From positions 58,652,001 to 58,716,000 of the forward strand of contig OZ287750.1 in the NCBI GenBank assembly GCA_965649765.1: DNA of 64,000 bases, read 5' to 3'. This stretch comes from Bispira polyomma. Its lineage: Eukaryota. The first letter of the stretch is position 1. Each line of letters opens with the position of its first letter. Both the position numbers and the translations under genes were made by a program. This document shows positions 46,673 through 60,079 of this stretch, in pieces. A model generated the notes under the pieces. The model made no database searches and had not been told where the DNA came from. It saw only the letters and a list, made by a program, of their open reading frames with translations.

Positions 46673-48055
46673 TATTCATGCGTAGAAAGCATAATAAGAG
46701 TAATACTACAACAATATATGTGGTTTTTGTAAGATGGAGATAAAATAGCCAAGGACCAATATTTATAGAAATTTACACAAATTATAAGGCAATTATTAAA
46801 GGTTTGTGTAAAAAATATCCAAAAGTAAACAAGGATACTCACACTCACTATTTGGCGACGATTAGCAGTGATTAGTTTACAGAAACTTACAAATACCAGG
46901 GATTCCCTATGAAAAAGCACAGATAACAAAAAAAAATTCCCACAAATGCCCTCACAATTGCCACAAAGCATTTTATAAAGAGCCAATTTATCATTAATTT
47001 GTGACAGGCTCCAGTGGAAAATTGTGATAAACTTTCACAGAAGTCCAAGGACATCCAAGGTTTCTGCATGAGGCAACGCCCAGGTGTATTCAGTTCTGGG
47101 ATACCAGTCTTTTCTTGGTCACAGTCGGTTGGGTCGTACTATATAAGACTGTGTAATTCAAACCTCCCGCCTTTAAGAACTCATCTACAGAAGCAACAAC
47201 TTCAAAATACCTGGCGGGAGTTTTACAAAGAGTTTCTGTTTTACAAATTGTTCTTAACTGTTTTTAGTCTTTTATTGTAACTTACTTTTATAAAATTTCC
47301 GCTTATAAAGGTATATAGTTACAAAGTGTGCTGGTAGGCATATGAGCCCGGTTGGCAGTAAATGCAAGAACGTCATGCTGGAAGAGTCCCTTATTGAGGA
47401 TTCTGTGTGTGACAACGACCTGGGGGAGGCGGTCAGTTTGTCTGCTCCTGATGGCTTGGCCGCAATATCGGGCCAGATCCTTCTACAACTGTGAACAATA
47501 GACCGTGGACCAGGATGCCCCCTTTAGTCTCTGGGATCTGTGCTGCTGTATGTGTGTAAAGGGCTGCTTTTGATGTTTAGTATATTATATTTTATGTTTT
47601 CATTCCTCCACCTGTGGAATGTTACTAAGGGGTCGTATGATTCGACCACTTAAGACTGTCGCTATATAGCTAGAGAGGGGAATTTTTCTATTAAGAGACT
47701 TTACAAGATGGCTCCCTTGCCCACCCTGTAAATTGACTTGTGGTGTAGTACACGCATGGCTAGTACTCGTGCATACCACTAAACCGTGCCAAGTTTTGTT
47801 AGAAGACTACTGTTGTCAGCTGGTTGAACATACCTTCCAGCGGTGCGTTCTCGCGTCTTCTGAAATACATGAACTTTTAAATTTATAATGTCTTTTAATG
47901 TTTTACAACTTTTTACAACTTTATATCTGTTTTAATACACTTTTACATGTCGTGTTTTATTTTCCACATGGTGGTCTGGGACATCTCATGTCCCCTGCAA
48001 AGTTAAAAAAACATGCAAATACCAAATGTTAAAGAAAATAAATCATATTATATTT

Positions 48056-48281
48056 GGGCATAAGGTGACCTTACAATTGGGTAGTAAATAACGTACTCAT
48101 CCACTTTACTTCAAAATTTAAAACTCTAATCAAATTAAAAAATTCAAATAAACATTTAAGCATTCTTAAATTTAGTTCAAAAACTGAACTTATAGTAACT
48201 TTAATTTGTTTCCAATTTTTCTCCTTCAAGTTATGGTTACCTTAAAATCTTTCAAAATCTAGTTATGGTCACCTTATGCCC
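48056..48281. mobile_element. MITE with TIR GGGCATAAGGTGACC
   Basis: GGGCATAAGGTGACC...GGTCACCTTATGCCC. Confidence 0.7.
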
Positions 48282-48739
48282 CCCTCAAACTAAACTGTAC
48301 ATAATAAATCTTAGCTTTTAACAACCTAGTATACTAATAAATTATGTACAGCAACTCTTTTACTGTGTTCAATAAGTCAAATATAAATGATTGGACTTGA
48401 CCCCGAGGAACTGTAGGGAATTGTCACGGTTCACCAAAAATGTTGATTCATGCTTTTCCTTCACTGAGATCTATGCGTAGTCCCTAAAGTGAAAGTACAA
48501 GGGGTAAGATTTGTTTTAAATCTTGTTTCTTCAAGATAATAAGTCGTTTCCTAAAAATAATAAGTAACAAGTTATTAGCCTGAGGTAAAAAGATACTATC
48601 TTGACGTAATGACTTACTATCGTGCAGTAACAAGAATCTTAAAGTAACGAATTAGTATCTTGAGGTAACAACTTATTATCTTGAGGTAACAACTTAATTT
48701 TAAAAAATCTGACCCCTTGCTATGTGACTTTAGGGGCTC

Positions 48740-49990
48740 TGTTTGATCATTTATACCGAACCACTGTTTGAGAGTGTGGCAGAGCAGGCCATGATCAATA
48801 GTATCGAATGCTGCTGAGATAACTTTTGAGATGAAGCTGAGGTTTGATACCGTCTGTAGTTTTTGAGCCCTTGTTATTTTATCAATGGATTTACATTTGC
48901 AGTCTTGAAACAGGTGGGAAAAACACCTTCCCGAAGAGAAAAATTTCATATGTTGGTTATGGATGTGACTAGAATGTCAAGGCATTGATTTAGAATAACT
49001 GCTGGGATAGGATCTAATTCACAACATTTAATAGTAGAGGATTTCATTAGTTTTAGAACATCCTGCTCTGACAGTGTACTGAAATGGAACAGGTTAGCAA
49101 CCTTATATCCTGAGGTTGGCGGACTGAAGTGATACATCATTAGAATGTTACTGATTTTATCAATGAAAATTTTCCAAATTTTTCGGCTAAAAATGTAAGG
49201 CAATGACTTATGGAGAGAACTTTCTCTGATGTTCGATGAAAAATTTTGTTTTTGGAGGCCCATAACCTTTTGGAATTGTCCTGATTTTCACTGATGATAG
49301 AGTCATAATGTTTCTTTTTGGCACCAGATATTAGCCTGTTGAAATTATTGGTGGCAATGCGGTAACAGCTTCTGTCTAAGAAGGATTTAGTACGACACCA
49401 TTGACGCTTAAGTTGGCATTTGTGTCTTTTGGCTTCTGTAATGGTGGCATTGGTCCATTCATGGGGGTTTGTTGGGAAAAGGGTTTTAGATACCCAAGGC
49501 GCATATTTATCAAGGATAGTAGAAAGGCAGTGATTATATTGTAAGCTAAGGCTATCAGCATTTTTGCATGCAGGGGCGTAGCTACCATTAACGCCAGTAC
49601 GCCCAGGCGTACCAATTTAATGACAAGAAAAAGAACTATATTAATTAAATTTCTTTTTATTGTGTTTGTTTTATTAGTAACATAGATTCTTGTTGTTAAC
49701 TAAAAATTTATTTGGTACTACCCAATTAAACCACATGTTAATGATCCCCCCTCCACACGAATTGAATTGTGGGTAGGACAAAAAAGAGCCTAATATATTG
49801 GTTTAATTTGGGAGTACCAGATGAAAAATCCTGGCTACTCCCCTTTGCATGGATGTCTCTTGAGATTTGATTCCAGGATGTTGTCTCTAAATTTGTTCAT
49901 ATTGATTTTTATGATATTTCTGTGTTTTATCACACAAGGTTTTTGTGAGGCAGGTACTCTAGCAAGGTGTCACACAGCCACAAAGTGAAA
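48740..49990 (-). mobile_element. Highly decayed L2/CR1 LINE ORF2 remnant with nested hAT-like MITE (49571-49844)
   Basis: [26 protein letters not shown]; the MITE CAGGGGCGTAGC...GCTACTCCCC is flanked by TTTGCATG. Confidence 0.75.
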
Positions 49991-50798
49991 CAAATCCTGG
50001 ATCTGCTTCAAATTTAAATAGTTGCTTCTTGCGCCCATGCCCCATCTCTCCAACAAAGTTCATGTAAATCGCTTAAGTAGTTTTTGTGAAACACAGGTGC
50101 CAAATAAGCAAGGCAGAAAGTGCAAAAAAAATTCCTCCACCAAAATCCATATAAATTAGTTTAGTAGTTTTGTGTATAATCTTGGAAAAACAAAAAAAAA
50201 ACAATGGACACGAGTGAAAAACATAACCTCCTTGAAAGATAATGGTTTGTATCCAGTATGTGAGCGTTTCCATGCAGGCAATTTTTAGAGGCGACCAGCC
50301 GATGGCCATTCTATCACTTTCATTTATTTATAACCAAGTGTTTCCATGTGAGCACCCATGTGAGCACAAAATTGCAGATTGCCGTCGGCCATCGCCTGAT
50401 TTCCCATCGGAAATTGTTGACATGGAAATGTAGACTAACTGTATGTTCTTATCTTTTAGTATGTTTTGGGCTTTCAGTTCAATTTATTTTCATTGGTCAT
50501 TTCTTTTTGGGATCGGTCAACATGTTCACGGCCATATCAACACTCCATGGTTTAGAACAGGGAAGTTAAACCATTCGTTTTCGAAAAAACATCTACTTTC
50601 TAAATATTATTATTCATAATAGAAAACCAAAGCCAACCAAATAAACTAAGGACCTTGAAGGTGAAAGTTAACTGCATGTAAAATGCTATCTCAACTACAT
50701 GTATATAATTTAATACACTAATTACCCTATAAAAGGTACTAAAATGGCAAACCCGGCTATTTTAACCAAAATCGAGTCCTTCACCATTTTAATACCCT

Positions 50799-50899
50799 GG
50801 GGCCGTATTCACGAAGGGACTTAGCCAGGTCTTAGGCTTAAATCAGTATACTTTTCTTAAGTCTAAGACCTGGCTTAGTCCTTTCGTGAATACAGGCCC
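50799..50899. mobile_element. Palindromic Harbinger-like MITE
   Basis: GGGCCGTATTCACGAAGGGACTTAGCCAGGTCTTAG...CTAAGACCTGGCTTAGTCCTTTCGTGAATACAGGCCC forms a near-perfect hairpin. Confidence 0.7.
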
Positions 50900-52160
50900 T
50901 GGTACACTATATAATGTTATCTCAACTATTTTGATACCATAGTGACTAAAAAGAACTAAATTGTAAAAGGCCTTCACTATTTTGATAGCCTAATCTTAAA
51001 AGAATTGGTGAACTTTATAATGCTATCTTAACTATTTTGATACCCAATAGGCCTAATTGCCCTGTAAAATTAATGAAGAATCAAACACCCACTGCTTTTT
51101 TACTATACTCTAAAAAACTGTTGTGAAAAAGACTAAAGCGGGGAATACCCCTCTCTGATTTTGCTTCCTAATCCATTTTCGTTATCCAGAATTCTATATG
51201 TATACTTTGAAAAATCGGCTTCCGAATCTGAGATAGTGGCGGCCAGGTTTATTATACTTCTATCTATTTCTTTATATTTTTTCGGATGACGAAACGGATG
51301 TCAGATGACAGATACGAAATCAAAATCGGCCAGGTATATTTGGCCCTTAAGGCATTTTTAAACCCTGTAAATAAGTATAAAAAAGGTTACCCCACCGTTA
51401 TAATTGGCACATGCTGTTTTATACTGCAAATGATGTTAAAACGGATGGTAACAACTTGCCTACAAGTATTTATCTAGGCATTAAATTTCACCCTTCTGGC
51501 CTATCAGTGAAAATTGCAGTAAATTTAAATTGGACTTATTGAAAGGTCATATTTCTACAGAACAAGAAGTTCATATTGCTAGAGTTATTTGTAATGCTAA
51601 ATCAACAAGCCCATGTTCTCGATGTAGATTGCCAATAAGCCATGGATCAAACTGTAATGAATGTTTTAGTGCTTTACTTTTATTCATCATAGATTATTTT
51701 TGTAAATGACTGATGCGAATAGTGATATTTCAAGTATACATACTTTCCATCACAGCCCTCGTTCAGATTTACGATATGGCTTTAAAGCAAGATAGAAAAG
51801 TTAAGATGGGATGTTTCTCCATTTTAATGGCAATAATATATATACCTCGGAATGGAGGCATTTTTATAGCATGTGATATTATGATATACCATTGTTAGTT
51901 TAAGTCAATAACAACAAAGCAGTATAAGATACACTATTAACACACATAGTTTTAGTTGTATCTCTAGCATAGTACAACCTCTATTATCTAAATATTCAAT
52001 TTATGAACACACTTTCACTCTTTCAAATTTGCATTTTCCTATAGTTTTACATGTATACAAAAAATGCTTATTTTATTATTTGAACATTCTATTATCTCAA
52101 CAAAACCTTGTTGTCCAAGTATGTTTTTTGGTTAAAAAGACTCTCTTTGTGTCATTTCTA

Positions 52161-52390
52161 GGGGGCCTCGGTGGCACAATGTTAACACATTCACCTCCCA
52201 CCTCCGAGGTCCTGGGTTTAAATCTTGTTCCAGGCCTTAAGTGGGAAAGTTGTCAGTCACTTGTCGGTAGTTTACAATGCAGAATCTTGACCAACTAGCA
52301 TGCACTGCTTTCTGCCAGCAATAGAACTGCCCATCGTGATATGACCTATACAATGTGTTGAAAGCAATGTTAAACCCCAATCAAATTAAA
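52161..52390 (+). mobile_element. tRNA-derived SINE family B
   Basis: GGGGCCTCGGTGGC head, body shared with family A, GATATGACCTATA..GTTGAAAGC..GTTAAA tail. Confidence 0.7.
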
Positions 52391-55300
52391 TGATCTATTT
52401 CTACAATCTTTTCTTAAAAAAAATCAGTTGTGCAAATTAACAGTGAAAGATATTAGTTTAAGTTCTGGCCTTTATTAAGTTATCCTTCATATCTATAATT
52501 AATGATGTTTTGTATCTTTCTTTGATTTAATAGATGACTTTGCATGTCAGTAACGATTGACGCTTGTTATGGTGGGCGTTCTGATGCACTAAATCACAAC
52601 TTTCAAAAGGGAATGATTTTGGTTTTGTTGCTGAATTTCAAGACATCAGTTGTAGCTAAAGGTGCTATTCACATGTATACATGTATGTATTAACTAGCTT
52701 TTTATATCAGTTGTATATAGCCTATCTCATTTAACCATCACACGTTTTTCAACTATCTACACACATAAAGTTGTGACATGGTCATAATAGTTTGAGCTTG
52801 TGGAGATTATGAGCTTTTATATATCTAACACAGATTTACTGTCACATTAAGCCTAATTGGATTAATAAGTTCTTGTATGTCAATCCAACTTGTTTTCACC
52901 AGGTAGTGGTTACCACAAATTTATTTGATATTTTCTATATACAGTTGCATACCTTAAGTGACCAGGAGAAAATATCTCTACTTGAATTAAATGTGTTAAA
53001 AGGGTAGATTTATAAAGGAAATACTTTCTCCACATAAAAAGGACATTGGCCAAACAATGTTCTACACATGGGTTTACGAACATGGTTTACTGCTACAGAC
53101 CACGTGTATGGTTTTGTGTCCATCTTTCTGTATTTCTTTAAAGTCTTCACATACATACAGTACGGATGCGGATACGGTACAACAGTTTAAGGTAAAGATT
53201 GCTCATGTAGCGACTTTTTACAGATATGGTGTAGGGTTATTAACAAACTATAGTCCTTGCTCGATGCATATAAATTGTTTGGGTGTCACAATGTCTGTAT
53301 TTAAAATTTTAAATTCACTGGTGAAAGAATTATAGAAATACATCTATAAAAAAGATAGTTATCATATAAAAAACAAATTTCATGAAAACAGAAAACCGTC
53401 TATGTAGCCTTAAACCGTATCGGTAAGCTGCACCTGTGTTTCATCAGTTTATTATTACCAGTACTGATTTTCAGCAACAGCCTACCAATGAGATTCTATT
53501 TTCCATTATTACTTTAATAGGTCACTAAAGATTGTACAAACTGATATAATTATACATGTACTTGCATTGTGTGGTGGCTTTGTGACCATTTCATTGAGGC
53601 ATATTCTACATTCAGATATATCTGATTGCAATAACAAGGATTGGGTGTCTGAACCATTGTCTTAAAGGTGATTGTTGCCTCCTGTATTGCGTGCCTTCTT
53701 CTTATCACTAGAGCTGGACTTTAAGTAAGAGCACCAATCTCTGCCATGGGATCCAAAACAATAATGTAAAACAGGATCACTAGGAGTGGTTTTACTATTT
53801 GCGGCTTCCTGGTTACAGAGTTTTAAAGGTAGAAACGAAAACAATGGATAAGGTTGCAACTAAAATTTCTAAAAGTAGTAAACAATTATAACTTTGTTTA
53901 AAATTCACAGCTATTCAGGGGGAATGCCTACTTAATAATTTCAAATGCATTCCGAAAGCAAATTAACCAAGATAAATCTTCGGAAGCTATTTTTTTAAGG
54001 GCCTTTCTGTAATGTTCGGCCATCTTGGATTTAACAGGAAATCACCTAGTTCTATATTTTTTAGGATATCTAAAAAAAACAATAATTCAGACCTATTTTC
54101 ATTTATACTGAAATGTCAGGCTAGGATTGATGTTTAATTTGATATATGATTTGTAGGGTCAGCTCTTCACCGGACTTCAGTATAGCTGAAAAGGCTATAA
54201 GATAACATATAACAAAATTAATAGTGGTATGACTCCACTAACTTAAAGTAAGAGCTGTTCTTTCTTGGTGTTATCTCTCCTGCATTGTCTGCCTCCACTT
54301 AAACACTGCAGCTGGACTTTAACTGAGACTGCAAACCTCTGCCAAAACAAAAAGGAACTGTGCTTTAGCTACAGAACTAAATCTCTCAATAGTCAGCCTT
54401 CTAATAGCATATCAAAATATAGATAAATAACACCCATTTCCCAGTAGGTTTTGAGGTACCTAGTACCTATAGTCCCATCCTGTAGGCTCCACAAAGTTTT
54501 AGTAGTTTTTGCATAATCCTGGTAACAAACAAATGAACAGATGGTGAAAAAACATAACCTCCTTGGTGACGTAATAGTAGCGTTCCTTTGGCTTTGTTCT
54601 AGTTGAACTAACTGTAATTATGGACTCAGGTGTTTAATGGCTATGCTAATGACTGCATCATTACTTGTCATGTGAAGACCAGTCAGGACTTCATGCAAAT
54701 CCCAGAGGATTTTGTGTCTTTCTGGTTTAAAAACATGGAGCTAGAGTCTAATACTGTGATGACCTTGTACTACTTCTTTCTTTGTTAAGTCAGCATTTTA
54801 TATCTTTGTTCCTAATGTAGTAACATAGTGATAAAAAAGCACAGATAATTGTGGTACATGTTTTCTAAATTAAAGAAAGATACATTCAGGTTTTTACCTA
54901 TTTTTTCAGCCTTTAAATACGTGAACAGGTGCAGGATATTTCAAGTGTTAGTTGTTAAAGCAATTTAGGCATGACGTATAACATGGAAAACAAACTATGG
55001 AATTAATTTTCATTTAGTTTTTATTTAATTTTCATATGGTATAGCGTGGTAATAGCTTTCATGCACCAGCTTTCAGTAGTAAAAAGAATGCCAAATCAAA
55101 TTAATTAAAGTTCTTTTTATAATACAAATTACAAATCCTTGACATTATTATCAAGAGGAAAGTGACCTTGTGGTCACAAATCTCGGAGACATGTATCTAT
55201 TTCTCAAGCTGCCTACCTAAAAGGTAACCAATATTTTCTGTCAATGTTTAAGTTACAACCAAAAAATATTGTCTACCTGTCTACATATAACCTAAAATAC

Positions 55301-55704
55301 AATTGTCAATATATAAGTTACAAAAAAAGAAATTATTTGACAACCTATTTAAATATTAAAAAAATATTATGTGTCTACCTGTCAACTTGTCAACCTGTCT
55401 ACCTAAACGTAAAAAAAAATTAATCAACTGTCTATCTGTTGACATATCAACATGTAACCTGACAGGTTGACAAGTTAAAAAAAAAATTTTTTTTTTAATT
55501 TTGTGATTGAAGATAATTTTTTATGGTTTAGGGTTAGGGTTTAGAGGAGTTAGCCCTAACTGGCTGTCCAACTGAAAAAAAAAATTAAATTTCTACCGGT
55601 CGGCCTGTCTACCTAATTTTTTTTTTTTTTTTTTGTTAACCTATCGACCTATTCACTTGGAAAAATATTTATTTTTGTTGTCAACCTGTCGACCTACAAA
55701 AAAA

Positions 55705-55750
<46 letters not shown>

Positions 55751-56658
55751 CTAGACTTCTTCAGATATCCCAATATGGTTTCTAAAAGCAATATATTGCT
55801 AAACGAAATTTAAAAGCAAGTACTTATCGATTCAGTATTTTCACTATAAATCATTTAATGTCGCCCACTTTCGGGTAGCGTTTTAGACGAAACCTCGCCT
55901 CGTGTGTTAAATAAAAGATATTATAGTGAGGGAGGAAGTTCTGAAAGCCAAGTACCCCCATAAAACGCCCCAAATATGATGATAATGTAGGCGAAAATAG
56001 AAGAATTTAGCAGACTTTGCCTCGACTCGTGTGTTAATAAAATATATTCTAGCGAGATAGGAAGTTTAAAAGCCGAGTACCCAACCGAAATTCCCCAAAA
56101 GTGATGAAAACGTAAGCGATTTGCAAGCCGCTCGTGTCAATAAACCATGAGAAGTGATGACGTCAACACAAAAATGGCGAGAAATGCTAGTACCGAGTAT
56201 CTGAATACTTAAAAATAAAAAAAAGACAGTAGTGTGGCGCCATCTAGCGGTCGAGACCAAAGTTAAAAAGGGTGCGTTCTCGCTAGTTAGACGCATAATT
56301 AAAAGGAATTTATTTTCCCGTCAGTATGGGTGTATATATATCGTATATATATCCCAAAACCTAGTCTTTGTCACATATATATATACCTATTGAAACCTAC
56401 GGATCTGACTGGTCCTACGAAAAATGGACATAACAAAATATGCGGTAATTGCGAGGTCAAAGGTTAAATCTTATTTTACAAACAAAATAAAAAAATAAAT
56501 AGATATATTAAGGTTTCTGACTCGTCCTTAGTACCAACCACATATAACTGCCAAAAACGGACTTAAAATAATGAACAAAACTGGTAGAAAGTGCTGTCTA
56601 CAGACCAAAAACATCTTCTCAATACATGATCTCGGATGGCTCCGCCCTCCGAGATAAA
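55751..56658 (-). mobile_element. Two adjacent HINE-like fragments with ~118-bp internal repeats
   Basis: CTAG end at 55751, repeated CTCGTGTGTTAA(A)TAAAA, hairpin ATCTCGGATGGCTCCGCCCTCCGAGAT near 56630. Confidence 0.5.
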
Positions 56659-57071
56659 AATCATTGAATCAACAAAAAACATTTCTTGAGAGCTAAGCAG
56701 GTAGTCACGAAGATATCTTACTCTAAAATTTTGTATTCAAAAATTTGATTGGTCAAAATCTCTGAAGCAATATAATTAGCTGAAGCCGAGTGAGTTCTAA
56801 AAATTGCAATCTGAGAATGTTTGTAAAAATGGCTCCTGTTCTTTACAAAATTAGAACTGAAGCATATTTAAAATAGTTCTAGAAGTTTCAAACTGAAGTT
56901 GACATCAAGAGTAAAACTTGGAGACAGTTTTATATTACTATTTATCCCTCCTCCCCTATAGTCCCCAGTGCAGTTAGGTGCTGAAGAGGTCATCTTTTAG
57001 TGTACCTAGATTAAAACTTGAAGGCTTGCATACTTTACTATTTTCACCCAATACTCCCCAGTGCAGTTTAA

Positions 57072-57376
57072 CCCTTTCAACCCCAAGAGAACATTTTTTT
57101 GCCAGGAACTGAAGAATTTTTTTTTGTGAATAGGTTACAGATAGCTGGAGTTACTAGAAAACACACCACAAATTACTTCCAGCATAAAAATAACAACCTC
57201 AAGTAAAAAATTTTAAACAGAAGGATTCTGTTATACTAACAATTTTCTATTGCAAGGAACTGCAGTAAAATAAAATAATATTTTGGGGAGGTGTCAACTG
57301 CTGGCCGACAGACAGCGGTTCTGGGAGTAAGAAATGCCATCGGCTGTTAAGCAACAATCTTAAGTCGTCGAAAAGG
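57072..57376. mobile_element. piggyBac-like MITE inserted in one copy of a local duplication
   Basis: TTAA TSDs at 57068-57071 and 57377-57380; empty paralogous site at ~56963-57005. Confidence 0.7.
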
Positions 57377-59112
57377 TTAAGGTGCTAAAGAGGTCTCATT
57401 TTAGTGTACATACCTATGTCATTACACACTACAGAGGTAATTACGAGGTCTGATTCATGGAGCCAACAAGCACTATCGTTTGAGTTAATATATATCTTGT
57501 TTTCTAAGCAAAGAATGGTAACTAGTAAACTAGTCAGTAAACACTACTCTTCTGATTACGCCTAGCTTTGTAGCAGCCAAAAAAAAAAACAGGCATATAT
57601 TCTCCCACTATGTAACTCATTTTAGCCTCTTCTTTACCCCACATTTGACATAGTTGCTATTTGTGTGGGCTTTTTACATGCTGTAAGATTACTTGCAAAT
57701 TCATATTATTCAATGTTAAATAATCACTTATTTGATGTAATTTAAAGTTTAGTTTTTACAACCATCACAGAAAGCCTTAGATGAGTAAATTAGTTTATTG
57801 TTTACAAATAAACTAATATACCATAATATCCGTAATAGAAGCCCCTGGGGGCTTGTTTTTCCAAAAAAGAGGGGGTATTATTACAGAAAATAATATTAAG
57901 ATATATGGAGGGGTGTAACATAATGTTGCAAAAATCAATAGAATATCTGGATGCTTTTTACTAAAGGTCAATGAAATAGACATCATGATACTAATCTGGG
58001 TTTTCATATAATTATCTAATACAAGTCGCTATTATAAAATTGCCAACAATTGCCTGGGGAGAGAGTTACTAATTTCCCATTGTATTTTAGTGTGGTATCT
58101 GCTAAAATATTGGCATTTAGCGATATAAAAATCTCCTAGGAGCTTTAACAAGAGAGTGGGCCTTTATTACAGAAAATACAGTAACTGATTATAAAAAAAT
58201 ATATAAAAAGATCACGTTTCACAGAAGTGACAGACACAGAATCTTTGTTTTAACTTTTACGTTATGTGTATTTCATGCTAACATGTAGCAAACATTAGTC
58301 ATATCTTTGGTTTCTGCCATAGTAATACTACATAGAAATCAACAACATTCGAAGTACGGGCACTACTATTCAAGAGGGGTAAATTTTGCATCTCCTAAAA
58401 ACCCTAGCAAAATTATTAAGCTTTTAGTGCTTCCCAAATTTTATAGCTGTATAATCTATGAAAGTACCTGTAACTGCTTTATAATATAGAATGACTATCA
58501 GACTACGAAGGATCAAGAGAAATACCTCTACTTAAGCAGGATATCTATTTAACAGCGCCAATTTTAAAGTAAAGTACCTTTGTGTGACTACCAGTTGTTC
58601 TCCACATAAATAGGAATTTTTTTTTTTTTTTTTTTTTTTTATAAAAACAATACAGAGTAAAAGAACAATAAGTAAGGATACAAACCTAGATCAAAATCTA
58701 AAAAAACAGTTGCTTTATTAATTTATAAACTATTAACATTTAGAAGGTAATGTACTAAGTACAGTACAAGTATAGTGGCTACAAACATGGAATCTATATT
58801 TAAAATCATTAGTAGAAAAGTTTAATTATTACACTCGGATCAATAAATACAAATATGGAATGTGTATTAAAAAAAAGATAATAGTTAGAAGTTCAATACG
58901 TTTATTACACTCTGCTAAATACATACAAAAATGGATTCTATATTCAAAAAAGTTAAATATTTATACTTAGCAAAAAAAATTAGGTGTATGTCTCTGGGCA
59001 AGAAATAGATTAACGGTCATTAAAGGTATGAGGGCATCAAACTTTTCATTAATATGTAAAAAATAACCAATCACAAAAAAAAAGTTCTGTATGTTCAGCA
59101 TATTACAACAGT

Positions 59113-60033
59113 CTACTTGTTGAGGCTCTTAGAAAGCCGCTTCCTCAGCCTGTTCCTGACCTTCTTGCTCAATCTACCACCGCTCCTCTTGTAGACGAAC
59201 CATCCATGGACTAGCAGCACCAATCCCTTGATCATCTGAGCCAGATTTTCCAGTAACTCTGGCCAGCAGTAGTACAGTCCAGTCACCAATAAGCTGACCA
59301 GACAGACAGTAGGTAGAACTGACCAGATGACCACATCTCCATAGGACATCCACAGCTTCTCCATCTCTTCTCCCACCAGCTCCTCAAACTGCTTCATCTT
59401 CTGTAACCTCTCAATGTACTGGTCATATTTGCCTTTGACTGCATTCTTTATGGCAGGCTTCAATTGTCGTCTGGCAGACCTGGACTTCTTCTTCTTCTTC
59501 TTCTTCCCGTCAGGACTTTGTACACCAAAAAGATCTTTAAGGTATTCAGTGTAGAACTTCTTGGCCTCTGTCACCAGATGATTGTATTGAGCTTGGATTT
59601 GTGTTGATATATCTGACAGTGAACTTTCCAAGTGCTCACTGTACAGATACTTCACATCTGTTACCAGATGATTGTACTGAGCTTGGACCTGTGTTGCTAC
59701 ATCTGACAGTGGACTTTTCACGTGCTCAGTGTACAGATACTTCATCTCTGTTACCAGCTGGTTATACTCGGTTTGCATCTTTGTTGATAGATGTGACAGT
59801 GGAATTCTTATCACCTGTGCTACTATGTCCCCATCTACTGGGACGTGTACCTTAGGTACCCCTGAATAGGCCACTGGGGTGTCTGGTACATTGAGACATT
59901 GGTACAGCAGCATCTGGTACCTGGACAAAATTTCACTGTCCTCAAAGCTAGGCTGGAAATTAGGAGTGTGCTGCACTAGGCTATAGCCGATTAGTAGTCC
60001 CAATAATATACACGAAACGTGTACCAACTTCAT
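59113..60033 (-). CDS. Intronless uncharacterised predicted membrane protein (306 aa) with three 30-aa repeats
   Basis: Long ORF in AT-rich DNA, ATG in ACAATGA context, N-terminal hydrophobic segment, 90-nt coding repeats, poly-Lys, C-terminal hydrophobic helices and a basic tail. Confidence 0.8.
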   Translation of the reverse strand: MKLVHVSCILLGLLIGYSLVQHTPNFQPSFEDSEILSRYQMLLYQCLNVPDTPVAYSGVPKVHVPVDGDIVAQVIRIPLSHLSTKMQTEYNQLVTEMKYLYTEHVKSPLSDVATQVQAQYNHLVTDVKYLYSEHLESSLSDISTQIQAQYNHLVTEAKKFYTEYLKDLFGVQSPDGKKKKKKKSRSARRQLKPAIKNAVKGKYDQYIERLQKMKQFEELVGEEMEKLWMSYGDVVIWSVLPTVCLVSLLVTGLYYCWPELLENLAQMIKGLVLLVHGWFVYKRSGGRLSKKVRNRLRKRLSKSLNK

Positions 60034-60079
60034 TGTCACTAGATAGAACTTAGATCATTATATCATTGACATCGATAAC

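Noticed and set aside
47378-48050. Hammerhead-like CTGGAAGAGTCCC..GGAT and a possible LINE 3' end
   Set aside because: The core lacks GAAA and the peptide resemblance is too weak to call.
55520-55560. TTAGGG telomeric repeat
   Set aside because: Only two units, inside a degenerate repeat element.
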